This document shows positions 13,377-25,419 of a DNA stretch of 64,000 nucleotides, one piece after another (the stretch's first letter is position 1; the number at the start of each line of letters is the position of its first letter). The translations under genes and the position numbers were made by a program. Under the pieces are notes generated by a model, which ran no database searches, had not been told where the DNA came from, and was given only the letters and a program-made list of their open reading frames with translations. The stretch is from NCBI GenBank assembly GCA_030390025.1, contig CM059425.1:173664001-173728000 (forward strand), given 5' to 3'. The stretch is from Squalus acanthias (taxonomy: Eukaryota).

Positions 13377-14450
13377 GATGTAGAAATTCATCTCGGCCGG
13401 TGGCGCAAAACGGGCGGTATCGGATCGGCTGGCCATTATACGCAGTGTCAGCTATTCAGTTCCATTGTAGTCAATGGAACTGTTTTTTTATTCGTTCCTG
13501 GGATGTGGGCGTCGCTAGCAAGGCCAGCATTTATTGCCCATCCCTAATTGTCTTTGAGAAGGTGGTTATGAGCTGCTGCAGTCCGCATGGTGAGGTAATC
13601 ACCTAGTGCTATTAGGGAGGGAGTTCCAGGATATTGACCCAGCGATGACGAAGGAATGGCGATAAATTTCCAAGTTAGGATGGTGTGTGACTTGGAGGAG
13701 AACTTGGAGGTGATGGTGTTCCCATGCGCCTGCTGCCCTTGTCCTTCTAGGTGGTAGAGTCTGCAGGTTTGGGAGGTGCTGTCGAAGAAGCCTTGGCGAG
13801 TTGCTGCAGTGCATCTTGTAGATGGTACACACTGCAGCCACGGTATGCTGGTGGTGGAGGGAGTGAATGTTTAAGGTGGTGGAATGAGTGCCAATTAAGC
13901 GGGCTGCTTTGTCCTGGATGGTGTTGAGCTTCTTGAGTGTTGTTGGAGCTGCACTCATCCAGGCAAGTGGAGCATATTCAATCACACTCCTTACTTGTGC
14001 CTTGTAGATGGTGGAAAGGCTTTGGGGAGTAAGGAGGTGAGACACTTGCTGCAGAATACCCAGCCTCTGACCTGCTCTTGTAACTACAGTATTTATGTGG
14101 CTGGTCCAGTTAAGTTTCTGGTCAATGGTGACCCCCCCCCCCCCCCCCCCCCCAGGATGTTGATGTTAGGGGATTCGGTGATGGTATTGCCGATGAATGT
14201 CAAGGGGTGGTAGTTAGATACTCTCTCGCTGGAGATAGTCATTGCCTGGCACTTCTGGTGCACGAATGTTACTTGCCACTTTTCAGCCCAAGCCTGAACG
14301 TCGTCCAGGTCTTGTTGCATGCGGGCATGCTGGTTGGGCCTAGGACACTGCCCTGAGGAACTCCTGCAACGATAGCAGGTGCTGTGTATAGCGGGCGGCC
14401 GATCCAATACTGCCTGTTTTGCGCCACTGCCCAAGATGAATTTCTAGGGC
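13377..14450. mobile_element. MITE with ~65-bp inverted arms, split by a LINE insertion
   Basis: tagaaattcatctcggccggtggcgcaaaacgggcggtatcggatcggc... (13381-13445) is the diverged reverse complement of ~14382-14446. Confidence 0.8.
13482..14365 (-). mobile_element. non-LTR retrotransposon 3' fragment, second family (CR1/L2 group, YKAQVRS type)
   Basis: HLLTPQSLSTIYKAQVRSV.EY.PLAWMSAAP; homologous to 58831-60060; T-run marks the 3' end. Confidence 0.85.
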
Positions 14451-14573
14451 ATGGTATTTTTTTAATCCATATTTATATTGTAGTTCAACTTGATAAAAAA
14501 AAATTAATGACTTGAATGTTTTCATAACTGCAAAATATATATTTCTTAAATGTATGAGATTTAAATGTTTGGT

Positions 14574-14995
14574 GTCAGCCCTGGCTCTGGTAGCACTCTC
14601 GCCTCCTGAGTCAGAAGGTTGTAGGTTCACGTCACTCCAGAAATTGAGCACATCATCTCCGCTGACATTTCTGTGCAGCACTGAGGAGTGCTACACCGTC
14701 AGAAGTGTCGTCTTTTGAATGATATGTTAAACCAAGGTCCCGTATGCCCTTTCAGGTGGATGTAAACGATTCCATGGCACTACTTGAAGAGCTGGCCAAC
14801 ATTTATCCTCAACCAACACCACTAAAATAGTTTAATTGGTCATTTATCTCATTGCTGTTTGTGGGACCCAGCTGTTGGCAGATTGCATGCTGTATTTCCC
14901 TACAATACACTGACCACACTTCAAATGTAATTTGTCTCTGAAGTGTTTTGGGCCATGCTGAGGCCACGAAAGGCGCAATATGAATGCAAGTTCTA
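14574..14995 (+). mobile_element. tRNA-derived DeuSINE-type SINE (diverged, internally shortened)
   Basis: aligns by eye to the 15911 and 27135 copies; tRNA-like head and tail ...gaaaggcgcaatatgaatgcaag. Confidence 0.8.
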
Positions 14996-15910
14996 ACCTT
15001 TTTTGCTCCTCTTGACATATATAATCGTCAAATTTGTTTATTTACTAATTTAAAATTGCACAATATGATGTAACTATTAATTTGGTGCTTAACAGCAGTG
15101 TAATTACCAGATTCCTTTGAATATTAATGAATAGTTCAGGCAGCATATATAGATATAATCTGACAATTCTCTCTCCTCCTTCCCTTCTTGTACATAATAA
15201 ACCCAGTATGTAAATTGGGTGTAGATGGCCCATTGATGTGCTCTGTACAAATTAAATTTCATAAATAACTCTACACCTAATCTAGCAGGAACATAGAAGC
15301 ACCACTGAAATTGAAAAGTTCTTTTTTAATACTTTACAGTTTTAAAATAGGCACTTCAATAATAACACATCATCTTATATTCTAGAGTCTTAATGGAGCA
15401 AGCCATAGCAGTGTCCAGACAAAACATAAAATCCAGGTGCTAATGTGATTATCGATGTTATAGGAGATGCACTGAAATAGAAGCAGAGAGTGAAAGTGTT
15501 GAAGGCCGATAGAATCCGTGTATTTATACAACTACATATATCACATTAAAATGTCTTAATTACTTTTGGAGTGCAGAATATGATCTGAAAATTTAAAATA
15601 CATGGTTAACAGTTATGATTGCTTGCTATGCCAAGCAAAGTCTGTCCATCTTGCACACGAGTCTGCTCTGCCATCATCACTGGGCAAGTAGATAAGATGC
15701 TGGGGATTCAACTGCTGGCAATGACATTGCAGCAAAGGTTCATAATGTCAGATTCCGCACTAAAGCCACAATCTTTAATCCAATCTATTATGGAATGAAA
15801 GCAGTTCATTTTCTAAAGGTTATTTATTTGTAATTAATGTGAATGTATAGTGTTTCATTATTTGCTTCAGCCTTTTAAGTTTTAGCCTTTGCTATAGGGG
15901 AAATTTGTGG

Positions 15911-16365
15911 ACAGCCGTGGCTCAGTTGGTAGCACCCTCCCTCGCCTCTGAGTCAGAAGGTTGTGTGTTCAAGTTCCACTCCAGGGACTTAAACACAAAA
16001 ATCTAGGCTGACACTCCAGTGCAGTACTGAGGTCGTCGGAGGTGCCGTCTTTCGGATGAGACGTAAAACCGAGGCCCTGTCTGCTCTCTCAGGTGGACGC
16101 AAAAGATCCCATGGCACTATTTGAAGAAGAGCAGGGGAGATATCCCCAGTGTCCTGGCCAATATTTATCCCTCAATCAACATTACTAAAAACAGATTATC
16201 TGGTCATTATCACATTGTTGTTTGTGGGAGCTTGCTGTGCACAAATTGTCTGCCACGTTTCCTACATTACAACAGTGACTACACTTCAAAAAATACATCA
16301 TTGGCTGTAAAGTGCTTTTGGGACGTCCGGTGGTCGTGAAAGGCGCTATATAAATGCAAGTCTTT
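15911..16365 (+). mobile_element. tRNA-derived DeuSINE-type SINE (SacSINE1-like)
   Basis: A box tggctcagttgg, B box gttcaagttcc, Deu-like core ttcggatgagacgtaaaaccgagg...atcccatggcact...gtcctggccaa, L2-like tail gctatataaatgcaagt. Confidence 0.85.
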
Positions 16366-16371
16366 TTTTAA

Positions 16372-17177
16372 AATAGTGGGGAACCAAGGGGCTAATAAGA
16401 GTTAGGAACTTAAAGTAATTGATATCAGTAGAGAAAAAGTACTTGATAAACTAATGGGACTAAAAGCCAACAAATCCCCTGGACCTGATGGCCTACATCC
16501 TAGGGTTCTAAAAGAGCTGGCTGCAGAGATAGTGGGCTCGATTTTGTCATGGGGCGGGCTGGGGTCGTGTCATCCGCTTTTTGTGTTAGCCACCCGACTC
16601 CAATTGGATGTGGGAGAATTATTCGATTTTCCCCTAATTGGGCATTTGAGTTCCAGCATGTGGGAACCCATGACCCAATTAGTTTTTTCAGTCTGAAAGT
16701 CGCCTCTGATGATGTCATCATTGCTGCTGCATTTAAGGTCTGCAAAGACTGGGAAGCTTTTGGCTTTTGCTGTGAGAGGGACCTGGAGGCAAAATGAGCA
16801 GCAGGAGACCTAAGTCTGCTCCCAGATTATTATTACTCCTCCTCCACCGCCCCCCCCCCCCCCCCCCCCCCCAGATTGGAAGGTAGCAAATGTAACCCCG
16901 CTATTCAAGACAGGAGGGAGAGAGAAAACGGGGAACTACAGGCCAGTTAGCCTGACAAGTCGTCGGGAAAACGCTGCTCCAAAAGGCTGTAGCTGCTGAG
17001 TCGTTGAGTATATTCAAGGCTGAGATAGATAGATTTTTGGACTCTAAGGGAATCCAGGGATATGGGGATAGTGAAGAAAGTGGAGTTAAGGTCAAAGATT
17101 AGCCATGATCTTATTGAATGGCGGAGCAGGCTCGAAGGGCCGTATGGCCTACTCCTCCTATTTCTTATGTTCTTATG
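16372..17177 (+). mobile_element. CR1 LINE, internally deleted, interrupted at 16534-~16870
   Basis: KSPGPDGLHPRVLKE, DWKVANVTP, NYRPVSLT motifs, then CR1 3' tail ending tcttatgttcttatg. Confidence 0.85.
16534..16830 (+). mobile_element. truncated Harbinger-type end with the start of a Myb-like gene
   Basis: starts gggctcgatttt (TIR-like); ATG at 16794 gives MSSRRPKSAPR, resembling QRAAPRF of the Myb gene at 11993. Confidence 0.5.
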
Positions 17178-17598
17178 GAAGAGTTTCCGCTTTGCGTTAG
17201 TTTCAGCTTCTTTGAACTAACCGTCAATTATTTCCCTTCCCTTCCTCTCCTGAAGGACTGAACTTTTTGCTGGAATGTAGTGCCAGCGGCATGGCACTCA
17301 AGTGTCCCTTAACTATGTCTGAGCCTTGACCGTAGGTCTTGGCTGGTTATTTGACTTCAGGGAATACTATAACTATGCTTGATCTTTTCTTCATCTGACT
17401 TCTATATATGTACCTTGGCAACATGGATTGTGATCAGGAGCTGTAATTTGAGCAATTTTTCTCTTCCCTAACTCTGCAGCACTGAGACAAATTATAACAC
17501 ACCTATCAACACCCCAGCTGGGGATAATATCTTGGCACCTTCCTGGTCTATCGCTCCCCTATTCACAGGATATATTCACTGAACCATTGGAACATAAT

Positions 17599-18332
17599 GG
17601 CCCTGAATTTCCGATCAGAGGCTTCCTGCGTGCGGATGCCTCCGATTGGGAAAACATCTACGAACTTACCTGCTGGCTCCGTAGGTCCCGAGACTTGCGA
17701 TCCTGGGCGCCTCCACTACGAAATGCGCAGAGACCCAGGTATCCCAGGGGCGCATGCGGTTTGCAAGCGTCCCTGGGATTACGTGGGCCATGGGGAACCA
17801 ATCAAAAAAGGGAATCCCCCTTCACACTTTTGACAGGTCTCTACGCACAGAACTGTCAAAAGTATGAATGGGGATCACTTAAACACAGTTAAACATTAAA
17901 TAATTTTTTTTTTTAAATCACATATTTAAAATTAGTTAATATTTCATTAAATTAAATATTTTAAACATTTAATTTTTTGAAAAAAATAATTCACGTTTTT
18001 TTACGGGGCAAAAAATAAACTTACCTTTAAAGCATTTAAAAATTATAAATGAGTGAAATTTTTTTTTTTTTTAAGTCTTATGCTGGTAAAAGCAGGCCTG
18101 CTTTTACCAGGCGTAAGATTTTTAAAGGCTTCCAGCGGGTGGAAGTTGTGTAAAAGCGCAACTCCCTGCCCGCGGAGGCCCTTTTCCCAGGCAGGCGGAG
18201 GATCTCTCAAGAGAATTCTTGACAGATCGCAAGTGCCGGGTTTTAGCATATGCACTTCGCATGCCTGAAACCAGCACTTGCGAGGTCCCTACGGGTGCGT
18301 ATGCACCCATGGGGGGTTGGAAAATCCAGCCC
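17599..18332. mobile_element. Harbinger-type MITE (734 bp)
   Basis: ends ggccctgaatttcc and ggaaaatccagccc (imperfect TIR); flanks aat / agt. Confidence 0.65.
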
Positions 18333-18393
18333 AGTTCCTGGTCTATCGCTCACCTATTCACAGGATAAATTCAGTGAACCATTGGAACATAAT

Positions 18394-19154
18394 GGGGTAA
18401 AAATGGAGTCGCGCCCCATTTGGGGCGCTAACCTCGCCGGGGCGCGACTTTTAGCGCCCCGAAAAAATTAGCGGCCCCGCGCCGGAACTTCAGTGGTTGC
18501 GCCCCAAGAGGGAAGCGGGGCGCCACTGGAAGCACCCCGCATCCCTCTTGGGGCGCTGCGAGTGAATATCCTGGCGCTACGTGCCGCAGCGCCACGCGCT
18601 GCGGCACATCGCGCCGCGGTATTGCAGGCCTTCCTCCCCTTCTTAAAGGGGAGGGACCCTGCGCAGCGCGAACCGGGGCCCAGCTGGGCCCCCAGGGATC
18701 GGGAGTGCCGGCAAAAGAGCCCGGCACTCAAGAGAAGTGCCGGGCTCTTGGAGCGCAGCCGGCACTTCACGGTGGGGGGGCTTCACGGGGGCCGGGGGCA
18801 GGTGCTGGCAGGCGGCCAGCAACAAAAATGGCCGCCTGCCACCTCCCCTTTAAATATCGCCGCCCCGGCCGCACGTACGCCTCCCTGAACCCGTCGGACA
18901 TAGCGTCTGGCGGTAAATCAGGGGGCGCGACTGAAGATCACGGCCGGGGCGCGAGCGGGGTGCTGCGCACGGCGATGACGTCATCGCCGGCGGCGCAGCG
19001 CCACAGGGCGCTACCGGCTGCCGCCGCCGCTAACCTCCCACTAAATTTTTCGGGAGGCGTGGGCGGCGCTGCGCCCGGGCGTTAGCTGCTTTACGCCCCA
19101 TTAGCGCCCTCTTAAGGCGCTAACGGGAGGCGCAAGCAGCTGAATTTTTCCCCC
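18394..19154. mobile_element. GC/CpG-rich Harbinger-type MITE (761 bp)
   Basis: ends ggggtaaaaat and atttttccccc (10/11 inverted match); perfect AAT target duplication at 18391-18393 and 19155-19157. Confidence 0.8.
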
Positions 19155-19524
19155 AATATGTTTTATTTTCACTTTTAAATTGGGCTTCAGTTGACCAATA
19201 AAGATATTGATTACCCATGTCTACTTTGACAGTTTTTGTGTGATGCAGAATTGTCAAACAGACAAAAAATCATCAGTAGAATAGAAAGTTAAATAAAATA
19301 CACATCAGAACAATAAACTACTACACCCTATTGCCATTGTGTATAACTTAAGGGAGTGAAAACCTCTTGGAACTACCCTAAAGAATGAGATTACTGTTAC
19401 CACTTGTAGTTTTGAGTCCTAAGGCTGTCCATTACTTGAGCTGTCTTGCAAGAAGTTGAAATTCATTTTCAACTGGGGCCAGTAGGCGAAGGGCTTTATG
19501 ATGGGCCAGCGGTGGAAAGAAAAA

Positions 19525-20590
19525 CAAATTATATCCTTTGTGACTGTGACCATGGTGCGTTATTGCTCCTTGACCTCATTGCAGCCTTTGACATGGTCAA
19601 CCACACCATTACCCCAAAAGCCTTTGCTCCACTCTCCAGCTCAGTGGGAATACTCTTGTTTAGCTCCACTCTGAACTTATCCAATCTTAACCAGAACATC
19701 TCCAGCAATGGCTTCTCTTTCTGCCCCCGCACCGTTACTTCTGGAGTCCCCTAAGAATTTGTCCTTGGTCCCCTCCTCTTCCTCAACTACATCCTGCCCC
19801 ATGACTACATCATTTGCAGACAGTTTCCACTAATGCCATCCAGTTTTTCCTTTCCACCACCTCTCTTGGCCCCTCTGCTGTCAGACTGCTTGTTCAATAT
19901 CCAGTCTTGAATGAGCCACAATTTCCTCCTGTTAAACATTGGGAAACGAGCCTTCAGCTTCGACTCCTGCCAGAAAATCAATGCTTTTGATTCCGATTCC
20001 AATTCCCTCACCCCCACCCCAAGCCATTTTCTCGGGCTGAACCAGATTGTTCACAATCACAGTGTCCTAATTGACCCTAAACTGAGCTTCAAATCCCATA
20101 TCCTCACCGTCACAAAGATCGACCACTTTTGTCCCTGCCTCAGTCCATCTGCTGCTGACACCCTCATCCAATACTTTGACATCTCCAGACTATTCCAGTG
20201 CTCTCCTGGTTGGCCTCCCATTCTCCACCCTTCGTAAACTTCATTGTATGCAAAACTTTACAGTCATCTCTGTAACCTCAAGCCCTCCAACCCCACCCAC
20301 CAAACACACGGTTCCTTTCATGCTGGCCTTTGTGAATCCCCCTTCCTTTCGCCCCACCTTTGCCGGCTGTGCCTTCTGCCAGCTGGGCCCCATACTCTGG
20401 AATTCCCTCCCTATACTCCTCTACTTCTCCTCCTTTAAGGCCCTCCATATAACCACCTCTGGCCAAGCTTTTGGTCACCCATCCTAATAGCTCCTCCTTT
20501 ATCTCAGTGTCCACTTTTGTCTGATTACACCTCTGTAAAATACTCTGGGACATTTTTCTACATTAAAGGCACTATATAATTGCAAGTAGA
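19525..20590 (+). mobile_element. L2 LINE fragment (RT to 3' tail), degraded
   Basis: LLLLDL.AAFD.VNH, VTSGVP, W...NFLLLN.GK, WNSLP motifs; tail ...aggcactatataattgcaagt. Confidence 0.85.
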
Positions 20591-21689
20591 TTTTTGTTTG
20601 TGTCAGCTCAGTCTGTTTCGAATACATTTGCAATTATTTGACTTGTTGGTTCTGTAGAGCTCAATAGTTCACAGTTTTGCCTTTTCAGCTGGAGGAGGCT
20701 GTATATGGTGGTGAGCATTTTCTGTAGAAAGTAGAAGGGGTTGGAAACAAAATGTTAAAAACATTTGTTTTCAACTGTTTCAGCTCAGCTGTGGAACATT
20801 TTTTTCAGGGTTTGCACTCTGCCAGCATCGGGTATGCGTTAGTTATATGCTAGTTAAAGATCCCTGTACTTCCCCTGACATTAAGCAAATATTACATTGA
20901 TAGAGCTTAGTGTAGTGAGTAGTAGAGAACCATTAAAGCTCCTAAAGCATTACGGTCAGGAATTCAGGGAGAAATTTTCTGAAACCAAATTGCAGTGCTA
21001 AATCTGAAAGTCAGCTGCTGTGTTTGACACTAATGCCCTCGTTCTAGGATTTTTTTTCCAAATTTACACACTGCTAGCATTTAAAAATGCTCAAATAGGT
21101 AGTGTGATGCTGGAGTAGTGCTGTGCTGACTCCAGTATAGCGGCAGGAACCCACACAAAGCTCCAGAAACCAATGTGTGTCATGATGTGCATTTTGAAAC
21201 CAGTCTGTCTACTTGGCACCAATCCACCCTTCCTCTTTTTCCTACCTCCCTCCCCCCCCCCCCCCCCCCCCCCCCCCTTCGAGTAGTAGGCTTATGCTGG
21301 TAAGCAGATTGAAGTTGTGTATGCAGAAATGCACAGACTGAACACTGATTTCTTCCAAAATGTAAAATGTTACTGCATGCACAGGAATACAAATGTGATG
21401 TTATTAGTTACACATCTAAGATTACATGTGAATGCTCAACTGGACCACTGGTCATATAAATCTTGTACCGTCTGGGTAGCTTATTGGTCTATGAGAGGTG
21501 GAAGGGAGTATACATCTAGTCGCAACAGATCTGGCAAGGAACTAAGAATACATCAATTTTCTTAATCCTGTGGGGGGGGGGGAACTGTTTTCTATAATAG
21601 CTATTGTATGTACAGGAGAAGGATATTAGTACCAGCAAATCTACCCCTTTTTCATAGAGCAACCTCACCTACTTATCTTCACAACATAA

Positions 21690-22260
21690 TCTTTTAACCC
21701 CTTCTTCCTCCAGAAATGTGCGAGTTGGTTCTGCTTCCGTGGACCCCTCTAACTTATTCTTATTCTACAATTCTTTTACACTTTGATAGAGAACATTCTG
21801 ATTAACTTCCTTTCTTATTCCAAACATACTAATTTTTAGCATGTTTGAACCCTTCGGCAAAGTGAACAATCTGTTTTGATCAATTTTCTTCAACGGTAAA
21901 CTTTAATTTGATATCCTTGCAATCTCTCTTCCAATGACAAGCTCAATTTCCTTAACCTTACCTCATAACCTAAATGCCAGCTACTGGGAAGTGTCTTTGT
22001 AGCTCAGTTGCTGTACCCTCTCGAGGCCTTTTATAACCAGGTGACCAGAACTGCACACACAACTCCATTTGGAGTCTCAACAATGCTTTATGGAACAGTA
22101 TACAACCTTTATTTGATTTGTACTCTTATTTTTCTGCTAACACAACCCACTACCACGTTAGTTTCTTTTTATTGCAGCGAAGTATTGAGTTGATGGTTTC
22201 ATAGGTTTATCCAGTGTTAGCTCCCAGCTCTTTTTCCTTATCAGCACACTCTACCAAAGT
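21690..22260 (-). mobile_element. very old CR1 3' fragment
   Basis: degenerate minus-strand matches (ccagaactgcacaca, EYCVQFW-like region). Confidence 0.5.
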
Positions 22261-23029
22261 TCCTCTTTTGTGTCCTTTGCCCCCTGTTACAGTTTAGGTA
22301 TTTTCTCAGATACAGTGGTGGTAGTCACTCCCATAAGCATCTTGCGTTTAGGGATGTGCTTATTCTATATCTAACTATACAGTAATGTAACTGAGGTGTG
22401 TAACAATAGTATCCCCTTCTAATCTGAACTGAACTTTCATGTCTTTTACACATATACTTCAATCTCTTTGAAGGTGGGCCAAGAAAGCACTTGGTGAGAC
22501 TAAGGCTAGATACGACTTGTTAACCTACTTTATTTCTTATATAAATTTTGAGTAACAGTTACGATCAGATTCACTTAGCTCAATCAGTACAACTTGTCGT
22601 CTTGTAATAATACAAAATAACAAACACAATATGCTTCCGTACGTTAATGGGAATCTTACTTTTAAACTATTCTTGTCTGAAAGGGGCCAAGAAAAAGAGC
22701 ATTGGAAGAATGAAACCATGAAGGGAAGGAATGGGGATAATGTCGTAAAAAAATTAAAGATTTAATGATGCTCAAGAAAGATCTGATGTAGCAATAATTA
22801 AATTGAAAGAACAGAAAGGGATGAAAATAACAAAGCATAAATCATAGTTACTTGAGCGCTTCCATGATACATGACTAACCTATGTACCCTGGAAGGTAAT
22901 GATGAAAGTCTTTATATCCTCTGTTAATTTCCAAGATGCTTATTTGTTTGTGCAGTTTATTTTGTTGTTGAGTCAATGTATTTTAAAAAATATCAAACAC
23001 TTTATGAAAGAATCTTGTTGCATTCTTAG

Positions 23030-23144
23030 GCCGTGGATATAACATCTTGTGGAAATTTTGCTGTTGTTGGCCTTTCTTCGGGCCATGTAGACGTATATAA
23101 TCTGCAATCGGGCATCCACAGAGGACAGTATGGTGAAGAAAAGA
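23030..23144 (+). CDS. WDR36: WDR36 exon 4 in window: AVDITSCGNFAVVGLSSGHVDVYNLQSGIHRGQYGEEK(S)
   Basis: cttag|GCC acceptor, AGA|gtaagt donor; 115 nt, phase 0/1; WD repeat AVDITSCGNF...QSGIHRG. Confidence 0.97.
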
Positions 23145-23444
23145 GTAAGTACAAGATCAAAGATAAAAATGTTTGGAATCATTTGCTTGCTTTAATGGTC
23201 ATTTGTGCAGAGCAATGAAATATGGAAATTGAGGAGGAGGATTATCAAACTAAGTGTTGCACAAAACACCATATTTTTTTTAATGTGGGTACATAGTGTT
23301 GTCAGACCACCAATTGCAGCCTGCTCGCTGATGTGATAGCATAATGCAAAATATTCGCCAGCGACTAATAATTTTTGACACAAACTGTTCCAGGAATTGA
23401 ATCATATGAAAGAATTCTCTAGAAAGCAGTACCCATATTAAAAG

Positions 23445-23878
23445 CAGAAAATGCTGGAAATACTTAGCAGGTCAGCCAGCATCTGTGGAGAGAGAAACAG
23501 AGTTAACCTTTCAGGTCGATGGTCATTGACCTGAAACGTTAACTCTGCTTCTCTCTCCACAGATGCTGTCTGACCTGCTGAGCATTTCCAGCATTTTCAA
23601 TTTTTATTTCAGATTTCCTGCATCATAAGAACATAAGAACATAAGAAATAGGAGATAAGAAATAGGAGCAGGAGTAGGCCAATCGGCCCATCGAGCCTGC
23701 TCCGCCATTCAATAAGATCATGGCTGATCTGATCCTAACCGCCAATCTACTATCTATCACAGAAACATCTCCTGCATCTAACAGAATTGCACACACGAAA
23801 TAGGAGCAGAATCAGGCTACACAGTCCCTGGGCCCGCTCCACTACCCACAGGGCCAGCATCCACAGTATTTTGCTTTT
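23445..23878. mobile_element. Penelope-derived inverted-repeat (hairpin) insertion with a nested CR1-tail insert (~23625-23854)
   Basis: inverted arms centred near 23520; 16-bp direct repeat gtacccatattaaaag at 23429-23444 and 23879-23894. Confidence 0.8.
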
Positions 23879-25419
23879 GTACCCATATTAAAAGGCTTAT
23901 TTTCTGTATGTAATTGTATCTTTGTAATCTATTTGTGATTATAGCATAATTTTAAAATGATGAGAACGATGCAGTTTGAATTATGTGTAGACAGTATGAT
24001 TTTATAATTCTCATTTGTAAGATTTGTTGTCACACTAGAAACCTGAGATGTTTTTTAACAGGTATAAATAAAAATTGAACTAAACAATTGTCTCCTTCCA
24101 TTACAGATGTAAATCTGAGATTTATTTCTAAAAAGGTCTTATTTCCTTGTGACACATACAACACATTAGTTTAATTTAAAGGGGACAGTTTTTTGTCCCA
24201 ATTTTCTCCCTCCTTTCCTGAAGGTTCTGCTCCTTCTCCAGTTCCACAGGAGCTGGTGATCCTCCTATATCTTGCCCAAGTCATAATTTGTTTGAGCCTA
24301 AATGATGAGGATCAACAAACAGGCAGTTTGACTACAGAGGACAGCACAGTAAACCATGATCCTGTTCCTCGCCCATTCTTCTTCCTATGAGTGGTCACTG
24401 ATGAATAATTGAGAACAAGAAAAAAAAATTGTACTGAAGCCAGTTGTAGTACCCCAATTGCTGCTTTACATAAGATCAGCTTATACAACATAGACTCGAA
24501 TTAAACCCGGGACCACTTGGTTTGTATGGCTCAATACCACGCCACGTTTACATATCATTCACCATTGAGTAGCTATTGTGGGGTATGTGAAGGGACCCCC
24601 CCCCCCCCACAAACTGGTGCAGAAGTGTTGAGTCTCTGCCTGGTCTTTACTGCATAGCTAAGATCTAGAAATTCCTATGTGGAGAATGTGAGATTTAGAA
24701 CCAAGTTCTTGAATTACTTGTCTGGTGTAGTTACTAAACGTGGTCTTTCGGAATTTATTTGGGTGTGTGTCCTTTTCATCAATAGCATAATTTAATTATA
24801 TCTGCCCTTAGCACTCTGTACCATAGTGCTTTGGTGTGGACTGCACTACCTAACATTTTTATTTGAACTTTTATTTTGATGCATGTTGTACTTTTATTTT
24901 TTAAACATTTGCTTTCAAAAGCCAAGTATTTTTGACAGAAGTCAAATCAGGGTTCATACATGAAGGATGTTCATTTGGGCACCATCAGAGCTCGTAGAAC
25001 TAGACTCCAACAAACAGCAGTGGCAAAAGCCACGACTTGAAGCGATTCTGAAGAACATTGTTGTAACTACTGATTCTAAATGCTGGAGTTTGAGAAAAAC
25101 CTGGAAAGATGCTGAGAGTTGGATAATGGGTTAGTTATGGAGGATAGTACACTGTTGGCAAATGGAATTTTTTTTGTTCCTGTCCTCCAGCCTTTACACT
25201 GATCATCTAAGATTGCGGTTATGGCAGCTACTAAGGGCTTTATAGCTAGGAGAAAGCATTAAGAGGGCCTGGGGCAACCCTGCCTGGTTTTTTGATGGAG
25301 GGTGTAGATGGTGGAGTTGAGGTCATTGGTCTCTACCAAGAGTGCTTGATACATGTTTTTATTCCTGCGTTGAAAGTATAACAAAGACTATTATCTCAGG
25401 CATAGGGAGTAGGGAATCC

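Noticed and set aside
15911..15985. tRNA gene (also 27135, 28128, 39240-39311)
   Set aside because: A/B boxes continue into SINE core and tail; these are SINE heads
18428..19085. Cluster of overlapping 100-130 aa ORFs or a gene promoter CpG island
   Set aside because: Explained by stop-codon scarcity in a GC-rich MITE bounded by TIRs and an AAT duplication
23955..24015. Intronic C/D box snoRNA (ATGATGA motif; WDR36 is a ribosome-biogenesis gene)
   Set aside because: No properly placed CTGA D box with terminal stem or recognisable rRNA guide; a Rfam or snoScan search would be needed to exclude snoRNAs fully
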